From Escherichia coli (GTDB lineage: Bacteria; Pseudomonadota; Gammaproteobacteria; Enterobacterales; Enterobacteriaceae): a stretch of 64,000 nt of DNA. Location of the stretch: the NCBI RefSeq assembly GCF_009931435.1, contig NZ_CP043414.1; one strand, 5' to 3'. The notes under the pieces were generated by a model. That model made no database searches. It was not told the origin of the DNA and saw only the letters and a program-made list of their open reading frames with translations. Shown piece by piece: positions 34,996 to 44,757 of the stretch. A program made the position numbers and the translations under genes. Each line of letters opens with the position of its first letter. The stretch's first letter is position 1.

Positions 34996-35535
34996 TTACT
35001 GATAGGTTAAAGAGAACCAGGCCTGAGCATTGGCGATGCCGCCAGTAACCCGACGCCCGGTAGCACGATATTTGGCGATGAAATGTAACGACGTAGAGCC
35101 TGAGTAAAGTCGTTTCCAGTTTGCTGGAGGACGATTAATCGGTACAAGGTTTCCTTCATCATCAAACAACGCTACGCCAATATTGGTGGCAATCCCTGGC
35201 CCCTCTCCCACGGAAAGCACATCCGGATTTTTACCATCCGCGACACCGTGAAACGCCACACCCACACGTTCACTCACCACCGTGCTACATTCCCGTAAAT
35301 GAATAACAAAAGGCACCGGTGCGCTATCTTCCCCAACCGCATGAAACCGGTTACTGCTGATTTGCCCCATATTGACCGTCATTTGTTTATCACCAGCTTC
35401 AATCCGGCAAGCTTCTGCAATAATGACGCCCTGAAATTGCATATTTCCGCCGGGCAACGTGGTGTTCCATTTATTTCCGGCCAGAGCAAACATTGGCAGC
35501 AACGACGCTAATAGAAATAATCTCTTCCTTTTCAT
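34996..35535 (-). CDS. fimI: fimbrin-like protein FimI (179 aa)
   Basis: Pilin-like ORF; internal ATG (MKRKRLF) at 35535 chosen. Confidence 0.8.
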   Translation of the reverse strand: MKRKRLFLLASLLPMFALAGNKWNTTLPGGNMQFQGVIIAEACRIEAGDKQMTVNMGQISSNRFHAVGEDSAPVPFVIHLRECSTVVSERVGVAFHGVADGKNPDVLSVGEGPGIATNIGVALFDDEGNLVPINRPPANWKRLYSGSTSLHFIAKYRATGRRVTGGIANAQAWFSLTYQ

Positions 35536-35599
35536 CGTTATTTTTATCGCACAAGGGTGGGCATCCCTGCCCGTAATGACGTCCCTGAACCTGGGTAGG

Positions 35600-36148
35600 T
35601 TATTGATACTGAACCTTGAAGGTCGCATCCGCATTAGCAGCACCTGGGGTTGCGGCACCGGTTGCAAAGTAACGCGCCTGGAACGGAATGGTGTTAGTAC
35701 CGTTATTCAGGGTTGATTCTGCACTAAATGTCGCACCGTCCAGCGCCAGCGCAGCACCGGTTCTGTCCAGAATTTGCACACCAACGTTTGTTGCGCTACC
35801 TGCAGCAGAACTCTGCAGAGCCAGTACATCAGTATGCGTAGCATCAATTGCCGTACCTAAGAAGGCAACAGCGGCTTTTGTAGCAACAGTGGTATCGCAA
35901 TCATTCAGCTGAATGTTAAAACCAACGGCAGAGCTGGTTGCTCCAGTCTGCTTCAGGCTAGCGGTACGAACCTGTCCTAACTGAACGGTTTGATCAGCAG
36001 AGCCTGCATCAACTGCGCAAGCGGCGTTAACAACTTCCCCTTTGAAGTGAACGGTCCCACCATTTACCGTCGTAGTATCGGCCAGAGCCGCTGCGGAACT
36101 GAGGGACAGAGCCGACAGAACAACGATCGCCAAAGTTTTAATTTTCAT
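35600..36148 (-). CDS. fimA: type 1 fimbrial major subunit (182-aa precursor)
   Basis: [23 protein letters not shown] signal peptide followed by FimA sequence; start at 36148. Confidence 0.9.
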   Translation of the reverse strand: MKIKTLAIVVLSALSLSSAAALADTTTVNGGTVHFKGEVVNAACAVDAGSADQTVQLGQVRTASLKQTGATSSAVGFNIQLNDCDTTVATKAAVAFLGTAIDATHTDVLALQSSAAGSATNVGVQILDRTGAALALDGATFSAESTLNNGTNTIPFQARYFATGAATPGAANADATFKVQYQ

Positions 36149-36266
36149 GCTGCTTTCCTTTAAAAAAACTGTTTCTAAATCGACATGGGCAGTCGTTCTG
36201 TACACTTTGTTTTGAAACGAATTGGACTGCCAACACTGCACAGTTTTCCCCCAAAAGATGAAACAT

Positions 36267-36580
36267 TTGGGGCCATTTTGACTCATAGAGGAAAGCATTA
36301 CGCACGAACTTTCTTAGTTTATTATTTGGATTTATATTCTATTAATACATTATTTTATAGATTTTTATATTGAACACGGTGGTTTTTGGAGAGATGAATG
36401 AGGAAGTTGCTTCGAGACACAGAAACGTTAGCTTTACCTATAGCGGAGGTGATGTGAAATTAATTTATAAGAGAAACAATTTACATATCAAACAGTTAGT
36501 TGCTTTATGTCGTTTTTTTATATTTTTATGCTTGAGAACAAATACAAAACTTTTTTATGATATGGACAGTTTGGCCCCAA
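36267..36580. promoter_or_regulatory. fimS: fimS invertible phase-variation switch (314 bp) bounded by 9-bp inverted repeats
   Basis: TTGGGGCCA at 36267-36275 and its reverse complement TGGCCCCAA at 36572-36580, between fimE and fimA; AT-rich interior. Confidence 0.85.
36532..36562 (+). promoter_or_regulatory. sigma70-type promoter inside fimS (-35 TTGAGA, 18-bp spacer, -10 TATGATA), reading toward fimE and away from fimA
   Basis: Hexamers at 36532-36537 and 36556-36562 on the plus strand next to the fimE-proximal inverted repeat. Confidence 0.5.
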
Positions 36581-36627
36581 TTGTCTTATATTTCCTTATC
36601 TTTTCATATTATTATCAATAAGTTACA

Positions 36628-37224
36628 TCAGGCATCTTCTCTTTTTAATTTTTCGTTTATGAGATTATTTCTTTCCCATAATCCGGCAAAACGTGCAGCA
36701 TTACTGGCGGTATAACGCACAGTATGGCGAATATTTCGATGCCCGAGATAATCCTGAATTAAACGGGTATCTGCACCACGCTCCGCCAGTTCATAACCGC
36801 AAGCATGCCTTAACATATGAGGATGAGTCTGCGTCACGGTTCCAGCTTCAATACCGGCATCGCGAATAATGCGATAGGCCTGCTGGCGAGAAAGTCGACT
36901 CCCGCGGCGAGAAATAAATATGGCGTCGGTCTGGTCAGCGCCTTTCCAGTTAATACGTTCCTGGGTCCAGCGCTCCACAGCTTCACGCTCATCAAAACGT
37001 AACGGGTGAACGGTAGAAAATCCGTTCTTCAGTCGGCGAATATTTATTCGACCTTCGTTAAGGTCAAGATCCTGATAATGCAGATCAAGCAGTTCACTAA
37101 TACGCATCCCATGCCGATATGCCAACAAAATTAGGCAATAATCTCTGGCTCCCGTTGCCCCGTAACAAACCGCCTGCATCATGTCCTGAACTTCTTTACC
37201 GGTAAGATAACGACGTTTACTCAC
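36628..37224 (-). CDS. fimE: tyrosine recombinase, fim switch regulator (ON-to-OFF bias), 198 aa
   Basis: Phage-integrase-family ORF adjacent to fimS. Confidence 0.9.
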   Translation of the reverse strand: MSKRRYLTGKEVQDMMQAVCYGATGARDYCLILLAYRHGMRISELLDLHYQDLDLNEGRINIRRLKNGFSTVHPLRFDEREAVERWTQERINWKGADQTDAIFISRRGSRLSRQQAYRIIRDAGIEAGTVTQTHPHMLRHACGYELAERGADTRLIQDYLGHRNIRHTVRYTASNAARFAGLWERNNLINEKLKREDA

Positions 37225-37701
37225 AATAGTAGTACTCCTGACTGAGATATATTTGAATGAATACCTATAGGAAACCTCGATCGGTTAAAATTAGCCCAAT
37301 AGATAAAAAGATAACCGCACAGGAAGTTATGTGGCTATCAGTCAATTACATTAAATATCATACAAAAATAAAATATCACTGATGTGACAACATCTATTTT
37401 CATTGATTTGATTCAATATAACAATAGATTGCAGCGGATTAACTTCCAGTTGCTTAAAAAATAAAGAAAAAAGTGCAGAAACAGGAGAGCTTGAGTGATG
37501 TGTAAATTTATGAATGATTTTGTTTATTTATTTTGAAGAACATAAACCATTGTATTTTGTATGGATATGGTTAACTTAATGTTTATTATGATAATTAAGA
37601 ATCACACTTACAATAACATCAATTAATAAATAGTTAATCATTTTTGATATATCGTAAGAATAATGTATTTTTTAACACCATCCCTGGTATCTCATCTATC
37701 T

Positions 37702-38304
37702 CTATAAAACAGCGTGATGCTGTCGTCCTCTGGCTCTATCCCAGATGCCGTAAAAACGCCCTGCATTGCTGGCGGTATACCAGACAGTATGACGAATATT
37801 GCGATGCCCAAGATAATCCTGGATAAGTCGTGTATCTATTCCCATATTCGCCAAAGCAAAACCACACGAATGGCGTAACATATGCGGATGAATCTCCAGT
37901 GATAACCCAGCATTACCACCAGAAGTCGAGATAATATGGTAAAACTGTTGCCGAGAAAGCGGGTTCCCCTTACGTGATAAAAATACCCACTCGCTCTCAG
38001 CATGCGGATAAGAAGTACGTATACTCAACCAGTTTTTTAAAGCCTGAACTTCTTTGTTCAATAGCGGGTGCGTTGTTGAAAAGCCTTTTTTTAATCGATG
38101 GATATAGATACACTTTGCCTTAAGATCAATATCCGAAATCCTCAATCGGCAAATTTCACTCGCCCGGAAACCATGAATAAAACAAAGCAAAGTCAGACAA
38201 TAATTACGTGCTGCATGAGGCCCGGTATTTGCTGCTTTAAGGAGTGACTCGATTTCACTATGGGTCAGGAAGTTCCTTTTTTTGTTATCAGCCTTATTCT
38301 TCAT
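37702..38304 (-). CDS. fimB: tyrosine recombinase, fim switch regulator, 200 aa
   Basis: Paralog of fimE (HPHMLRH.CG..LA..G.DTRLIQDYLGHRNIRHTV). Confidence 0.9.
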   Translation of the reverse strand: MKNKADNKKRNFLTHSEIESLLKAANTGPHAARNYCLTLLCFIHGFRASEICRLRISDIDLKAKCIYIHRLKKGFSTTHPLLNKEVQALKNWLSIRTSYPHAESEWVFLSRKGNPLSRQQFYHIISTSGGNAGLSLEIHPHMLRHSCGFALANMGIDTRLIQDYLGHRNIRHTVWYTASNAGRFYGIWDRARGRQHHAVL

Positions 38305-39328
38305 CGTTTTCCCTTATAATTACAGACGCGCACTAGCTGTGCTGGGTTAGCAATAATCCAACATTTTAATCCTGATTATGTTTATAAAAGCGAACGTTTG
38401 CTTAATAACTAACGTAAGTGGACCAGTTCTTCTGAGTGAACTTAAATGGAGTAGCGATAGTTACTTATAATAACTTTGCCATACAAACGCCATGCTCTTG
38501 CATGCTATGTACCTTTATATATTTATCAATCTGATACGAATCTAATAATAACCCTCATCATTAATGCAACTAATCTTATCTATATATCATGTGATATGTT
38601 CTGTAACAAGTAAAATCAACATAAAAAATTCAGCAAAATTTAATATTCGTTCAACTAGCCGTCTCACATATGACATTATTAGTCAACTGCATTTGCCACA
38701 AAATGGCTATTTCATGGAACGCAGTAATTTCTTAGCGTCTATTATCATGCTAATTCTTAGGTCCCTAGCGATTATTCCTGCCTGGTTCGTCAGCTTACGC
38801 CATGAGATTGCTACATTCCTTTTTATCCTGGAGATATGGGGGAACGCAGGCGACGCTTTTTCATCTACATTCATTGGTAAATATGGCTTTGGTCACTACG
38901 TCTTAAACCTTCTTCAATCACAGCTATTCGCCGGGCGATACGGCAAACAAACTAAGTGAAGCATCATCCTGAAAACACCAATGCGTACTGAACATCAACA
39001 AGCCTCTCCTGATCGACTTCAGAAGTGACCAGTTACAAGCCACAAACCTAGAAACATATTTCATGATGAGAATTATGCTCAGCCTGATGGCGGGTAAACG
39101 CTTATTTTCACCACGCTCACTGAGTTAGCCAGCAAAGCGCCCCTTGTTTAGAGCGCAAATAAATAACATATAAAACAAATAGTTAATCAAATATCTTTGA
39201 TTTGTGAAGGCCATCATAAGTGTTCGTCTGACTTCACATGGCATCTTCTTCATAGAAAAATATAGACATATTTTGTGACACGAATTGCAAATCTGGTTTT
39301 GTTATATGGATTGTGTGATTTTTGATCT

Positions 39329-39351
39329 GGTATAACAGGTATAAAGGTGTA
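39329..39351. promoter_or_regulatory. NanR-type operator (three GGTATA-like repeats) upstream of nanC
   Basis: GGTATAACAGGTATAAAGGTGTA, about 380 bp upstream of nanC start. Confidence 0.55.
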
Positions 39352-39731
39352 CCGCAGTAGTCAATGAGACTGAGCATCTCGCAATCTATGACAAACATCA
39401 CTTCAGTCTGAAAGGAATATGAAAATGAGATCAACAGACACTCTATTTTATGACTCAGGATAAAATGGATTGAGTAAGTGATATAGCTTACGAACATTCA
39501 AATCAATTAAACATCAGAAGAGATTTTATACTCAGGTATTTAATCTGGTTCTCTGTTTATTTAAATAATGTGGAAGAGAATTTTCACAGGAGACCTTATA
39601 CAAAAAATATAAAATACAGCTACCCGTTACCAAAGACACTATAAGCCTGGCAAAAATATTACACAACATAAATGCTAATTGTTTATGCGGGCTTTGTATT
39701 GCTTTCTGTATCCTACAAATGAGTGAAATTT

Positions 39732-40448
39732 ATGAAAAAGGCTAAAATACTTTCTGGCGTATTATTACTGTGCTTTTCGTCACCATTAATTTCTCAAGCT
39801 GCGACACTGGACATACGTGGTGGATATCGTAGTGGAAGCCACGCCTATGAGACTCGACTCAAAGTCAGTGAGGGATGGCAAAATGGATGGTGGGCAAGCA
39901 TGGAAAGTAATACCTGGAATACCATTCATGATAATAAAAAGGAAAATGCCGCACTCAATGATGTTCAGGTTGAAGTTAATTACGCGATTAAACTTGATGA
40001 TCAATGGACGGTGCGCCCGGGAATGTTAACGCATTTTAGCAGCAACGGCACACGCTACGGACCCTACGTAAAACTGTCCTGGGACGCGACAAAAGATCTT
40101 AATTTTGGCATTCGCTATCGTTACGACTGGAAAGCTTACCGACAACAAGACTTATCCGGTGATATGTCTCGTGATAACGTTCATCGTTGGGATGGATATG
40201 TCACTTACCATATTAATAGTGATTTCACCTTCGCATGGCAAACGACGCTATACAGCAAACAAAACGATTATCGCTATGCAAACCATAAGAAATGGGCGAC
40301 GGAAAATGCATTTGTTCTACAATACCATATGACGCCTGATATTACGCCATACATAGAATATGACTACCTTGACCGTCAGGGTGTTTATAACGGCAGAGAT
40401 AATTTATCAGAAAACAGTTATCGCATTGGTGTGTCATTTAAACTGTAG
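39732..40448 (+). CDS. nanC: N-acetylneuraminic acid outer-membrane channel (KdgM family), 238 aa
   Basis: Signal peptide plus beta-barrel porin-like ORF; ATG 39732. Confidence 0.85.
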   Translation: MKKAKILSGVLLLCFSSPLISQAATLDIRGGYRSGSHAYETRLKVSEGWQNGWWASMESNTWNTIHDNKKENAALNDVQVEVNYAIKLDDQWTVRPGMLTHFSSNGTRYGPYVKLSWDATKDLNFGIRYRYDWKAYRQQDLSGDMSRDNVHRWDGYVTYHINSDFTFAWQTTLYSKQNDYRYANHKKWATENAFVLQYHMTPDITPYIEYDYLDRQGVYNGRDNLSENSYRIGVSFKL

Positions 40449-40467
40449 TAGACAGGAGACAGTCACA

Positions 40468-41574
40468 ATGAATAAAACAATAACGGCGCTTGCTATCATG
40501 ATGGCTTCATTTGCCGCAAACGCGTCTGTATTACCGCAAACTCCGGTGCCTTTTAAAAGTGGTACCGGAGCAATTGATAACGACACTGTCTACATTGGTT
40601 TAGGTAGCGCAGGTACAGCATGGTACAAGCTGGATACACAGGCCAAAGATAAAAAATGGATAGCGTTAGCTGCATTCCCTGGTGGACCGAGAGATCAAGC
40701 AACCTCTGCATTTATTGATGGCAATCTGTATGTGTTTGGCGGCATTGGCAAAAACAGCGAGGGCTTGACTCAGGTATTTAATGACGTACACAAATACAAC
40801 CCCAAAACCAATAGCTGGGTTAAATTGATGTCGCACGCACCGATGGGCATGGCGGGCCATGTGACTTTTGTACACAACGGCAAGGCTTATGTTACTGGCG
40901 GTGTTAACCAGAATATCTTCAATGGCTATTTTGAAGATCTCAACGAAGCTGGAAAAGATCCAACCGCTATAGAGAAAATCAACGCCCACTATTTTGACAA
41001 ACAAGCAGAAGATTATTTCTTCAATAAGTTTCTGTTGTCTTTTGATCCCTCAACACAGCAATGGAGTTACGCTGGCGAATCTCCCTGGTACGGGACGGCT
41101 GGTGCAGCGGTTGTGAATAAAGGCGATAAAACCTGGCTTATTAATGGTGAAGCCAAACCAGGACTACGAACGGATGCCGTATTTGAACTTGATTTCACCG
41201 GTAATAATTTAAAATGGAATAAACTTGCTCCCGTCTCATCACCAGATGGCGTCGCTGGCGGTTTTGCGGGGATAAGCAATGACTCACTTATATTTGCCGG
41301 GGGGGCCGGATTCAAGGGGTCGCGGGAAAATTATCAGAACGGTAAGAACTATGCGCATGAAGGCCTGAAAAAATCATATAGCGCTGATATTCATCTTTGG
41401 CATAACGGGAAATGGGATAAATCGGGCGAATTATCGCAAGGTCGGGCCTACGGAGTATCATTGCCCTGGAATAATAGTCTATTGATTATTGGCGGTGAAA
41501 CTGCAGGCGGCAAAGCGGTGACGGATTCAGTTTTGATCTCTGTGAAGGATAATAAAGTCACAGTACAAAACTAA
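40468..41574 (+). CDS. nanM: N-acetylneuraminate mutarotase (Kelch-repeat), 368 aa
   Basis: Signal peptide (MNKTITALAIMMASFAANA) and Kelch-like repeats; AGGAG RBS at 40454. Confidence 0.85.
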   Translation: MNKTITALAIMMASFAANASVLPQTPVPFKSGTGAIDNDTVYIGLGSAGTAWYKLDTQAKDKKWIALAAFPGGPRDQATSAFIDGNLYVFGGIGKNSEGLTQVFNDVHKYNPKTNSWVKLMSHAPMGMAGHVTFVHNGKAYVTGGVNQNIFNGYFEDLNEAGKDPTAIEKINAHYFDKQAEDYFFNKFLLSFDPSTQQWSYAGESPWYGTAGAAVVNKGDKTWLINGEAKPGLRTDAVFELDFTGNNLKWNKLAPVSSPDGVAGGFAGISNDSLIFAGGAGFKGSRENYQNGKNYAHEGLKKSYSADIHLWHNGKWDKSGELSQGRAYGVSLPWNNSLLIIGGETAGGKAVTDSVLISVKDNKVTVQN

Positions 41575-41638
41575 TGCTTCAGGGCCCCAGTAAAGGGGCT
41601 CTGCTATCAATTTGCCATTTCAATTACGCGAAAATTAT

Positions 41639-42619
41639 ATGAACGCAATAATATCGCCCGATTATTACTATGTTCTTACCGTTGCCGGTCAGTCTAATGC
41701 CATGGCGTATGGCGAAGGACTGCCATTACCGGACAGGGAAGATGCGCCTCATCCCAGGATTAAACAATTAGCGAGATTCGCGCATACGCATCCCGGAGGC
41801 CCCTCATGTCACTTTAACGACATTATTCCACTGACTCACTGCCCACACGATGTTCAGGATATGCAGGGTTATCACCATCCTCTGGCAACGAATCATCAAA
41901 CACAGTACGGCACCGTTGGCCAGGCACTGCATATTGCACGGAAATTACTGCCCTTTATTCCTGATAATGCAGGGGTTCTCATCGTTCCGTGTTGCCGTGG
42001 CGGATCGGCTTTTACCGCGGGCAGCGAAGGGACATATTCAGAACGGCACGGAGCCAGCCATGATGCTTGTCGTTGGGGAACGGATACTCCGCTATACCAG
42101 GATTTAGTCAGCAGAACGCGAGCCGCACTGGCAAAAAATCCGCAGAACAAATTCCTCGGCGTATGCTGGATGCAAGGCGAATTTGACCTAATGACCAGTG
42201 ACTACGCGTCACACCCTCAACACTTTAATCATATGGTTAAAGCCTTTCGTAGGGATCTAAAACAATACCATTCTCAGCTTAATAAAATTACTGACGCGCC
42301 GTGGTTTTGCGGCGATACCACCTGGTACTGGAAAGAAAATTTCCCTCATGCGTATGAAGCTATTTATGGCAATTATCAAAATAATGTTTTAGCCAATATT
42401 ATTTTCGTCGACTTCCAGCAACAAGGTGCAAGAGGACTGACGAACGCGCCTGATGAAGATCCAGACGATTTAAGCACGGGATATTTCGGTTCAGCGTACC
42501 GGTCAGCGGAGAACTGGACGACGTCACTGCGAAGCAGTCATTTCAGCTCAGCAGCCCGTCGGGGGATTATTTCTGACAGATTTGTAGAAGCAATTTTGCA
42601 GTTTTGGCGCGAAAGGTGA
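41639..42619 (+). CDS. nanS: 9-O-acetyl-N-acetylneuraminate esterase (326 aa)
   Basis: ORF following nanM; ATG 41639. Confidence 0.8.
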   Translation: MNAIISPDYYYVLTVAGQSNAMAYGEGLPLPDREDAPHPRIKQLARFAHTHPGGPSCHFNDIIPLTHCPHDVQDMQGYHHPLATNHQTQYGTVGQALHIARKLLPFIPDNAGVLIVPCCRGGSAFTAGSEGTYSERHGASHDACRWGTDTPLYQDLVSRTRAALAKNPQNKFLGVCWMQGEFDLMTSDYASHPQHFNHMVKAFRRDLKQYHSQLNKITDAPWFCGDTTWYWKENFPHAYEAIYGNYQNNVLANIIFVDFQQQGARGLTNAPDEDPDDLSTGYFGSAYRSAENWTTSLRSSHFSSAARRGIISDRFVEAILQFWRER

Positions 42620-42672
42620 GCGTTCATTAATTTGATTTATTTGCATCCATCAACGCTTTTAACTGCTCCGGC

Positions 42673-43430
42673 GTGCGGCACTATAATGGTTTTCACAACA
42701 AGGAGCCATTTTCTTATACCACTTTCAGAGACCATCCGCTTATGCCACCGCCCTCTACGCAACTGTTTGCAGAGCACCTTCCCACCGAGTGGATACAGCA
42801 CCTCCTGACGCTTTCTGCTCATGCGACTATTTGTCGTCTTAACCTGAGCGCGGATGGCGAAGCGGGGATTAGCCTGCTGGCCCGCAGCGCTGTCACCCAG
42901 GAGCGCCAGCGCGTGGGGGCCCCCTGGTGGAATGGCTCTTCCGCCAGACCGCACAGACATGGGGCGCGGAACGTTACCTGAAGGATGACTGGCACGGCCT
43001 GCAACTTTTTGCCATTGATGGCGCACAGTTCAGGACACCTATGAACCTGAGTTGCGTGAATATTATGGCTCTGCCAACACATCCACTGAGCGGCAGAGCG
43101 CCTACCCGGTCATGCGTCTGGTGGCGTTAATGAATCTGGGAATCACATTCTGCTGAATGCCATGACCGCGGCCTACCGGCGGAGCGATACAGCGTGAGGC
43201 AACTAAAGCGGCGTCAGAAATCAGCTTTAAGTTCGCATTCCAGTTTATCGTGACAGAAATGATAGTGCAGGGAAATACGGCGTCACCAGGAACCATCCCG
43301 AAACGGCTGGAGCATCTGCGGGGTGCTCTGGAAGCGGTGTTCCCACGACTATCAAGGCCGAGGGCTGTTAAGGTATCAAAAACCCGTTATCCGGTGAAAC
43401 ACAGTGCTGCCCCGCTTAAGTGACGGCATT
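42673..43430 (+). pseudogene. IS4-family transposase remnant, frameshifted and internally deleted (N-terminal and C-terminal parts only)
   Basis: Broken frames carrying segments that resemble, as recalled, N- and C-terminal parts of IS4 InsG (FRQTAQTWG...LQLFAIDGAQFRTP; PVMRLVALMNL; ASPGTIPKRLEHL...FPRLSRPRAVK); no intact DDE core. Confidence 0.6.
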
Positions 43431-43593
43431 GTGTTTCTGACTGGCCTTAACTTTCCCTGAATCTCTGACGATCCTCACCATTGATATTTTCTTCATTCCT
43501 CACCAGAGAAATAAAAAATCACTATACTCATCAAAATATGATGATCACCTTTATTCAGGTGATCACCTTACTATTTTATACGGAAAATAAATC

Positions 43594-44244
43594 ATGAATA
43601 TCCGTCAATCATTACATGACCGAATCTATGCAGAATACCCTCAACAGGCTAAAGATATATTACTGTATTTCCCCACTTATGAAATTATGCCATCGACCAT
43701 AAAAATGGTTATGATTAATGAGGTGGTAGCTATAACACCGCAAGAAGATTTTTATACACCAGAGTCTGGTTATTTTACGACTGTCGCCCGACAGTTAGCG
43801 CTGGCTGGATTATCGGCAAGTAGTGGCGAAGTCTTACTCAACCATGGTATCTACCTGACCTCCGCACTGAAACTACCTAAAACACAGATCACAGCCACAC
43901 CCGCGGAGATCATTCTCTGGTCACCTATTGTAGAATGGGAGCTCGAACTCTTTGCCAATATAAAAGTTATTTTCGTTGGCGGCGATATCGCGCGAAAATG
44001 CCTTAACATCATCGCGAAAAAGCAAACACGTAAACATGCCATCCCTTCAACTCCGACGTACAAACTGATGAATAGCGAATTAGTCTGGAAAGGAATAAGC
44101 ATACTTCCTGGATATATTCTTACCGGAAAAAACCTGCTCATTGAAAAGTCAAAAATCGAAATGAATGTCGAGCAATTAAGAAAAGGAATTGCGATTTATC
44201 GCAATAGTAACAGTAACCATACGAATAATTCAGTTCATGAATAA
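43594..44244 (+). CDS. hypothetical protein (216 aa), AT-rich orphan gene
   Basis: Clean ORF in an AT-rich stretch, convergent with the helicase operon; no family recognised. Confidence 0.5.
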   Translation: MNIRQSLHDRIYAEYPQQAKDILLYFPTYEIMPSTIKMVMINEVVAITPQEDFYTPESGYFTTVARQLALAGLSASSGEVLLNHGIYLTSALKLPKTQITATPAEIILWSPIVEWELELFANIKVIFVGGDIARKCLNIIAKKQTRKHAIPSTPTYKLMNSELVWKGISILPGYILTGKNLLIEKSKIEMNVEQLRKGIAIYRNSNSNHTNNSVHE

Positions 44245-44757
44245 GAGATGAATCATTAATAACAAGAAATCACTGACAAACCACCTGTAAAAGGTCAATC
44301 ATTTTAGTTCAATTTCCTTTGTCATGATTATATTTTTATCGTCCTGACGATACTATTAACAATTACAATATTTATACCCTCCCCTGAACAAACAGAAAAG
44401 AACTCATACATTCGTTTATAATTCTGGTAATCCTGGCATCATACGTTTAAAATTTAAGGTGTTTGTTTTATAATCATGGTTCCAAAGACTATTGGTCACC
44501 AGAAAATGCCAGCCTTTTCGTGCCAGCTATATTTGTCCAGTGTGTTACCCCATCCAAAAATCATCCACATCCTGATGTTATGTTAGATATAGAGAAAACA
44601 GGTTGTACTGTGCAATATGCTAACCGCATAAGCGAATATAATTTCTAAGCTGATATTGTCTGGCTGTTGGGAGCTAAACAATATAAATATCGCCAGTTGC
44701 CAGAACGGTTATATAGACCAGGAGCGTTTCGGCTCCTGGTCTGTTTCGGACATATTA

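Noticed and set aside
36628-38304. Two tyrosine recombinase genes considered as prophage or integrative-element integrases
   Set aside because: They are fimE and fimB, dedicated recombinases of the adjacent fimS switch; no att sites or phage genes nearby.
38564-38959. 131-aa ORF in the fimB-nanC intergenic region (also 39234-39497 minus strand)
   Set aside because: Very AT-rich, no RBS, within a known regulatory region; probably non-coding.
42637-43026. 129-aa minus-strand ORF
   Set aside because: Antisense to the IS4-family transposase remnant; likely spurious.
44245-44757. AT-rich 0.5-kb spacer with a 61-aa ORF (44463-44648), considered as an sRNA or small toxin locus
   Set aside because: No promoter/terminator pair or conserved structure recognisable by eye; left as unannotated spacer.
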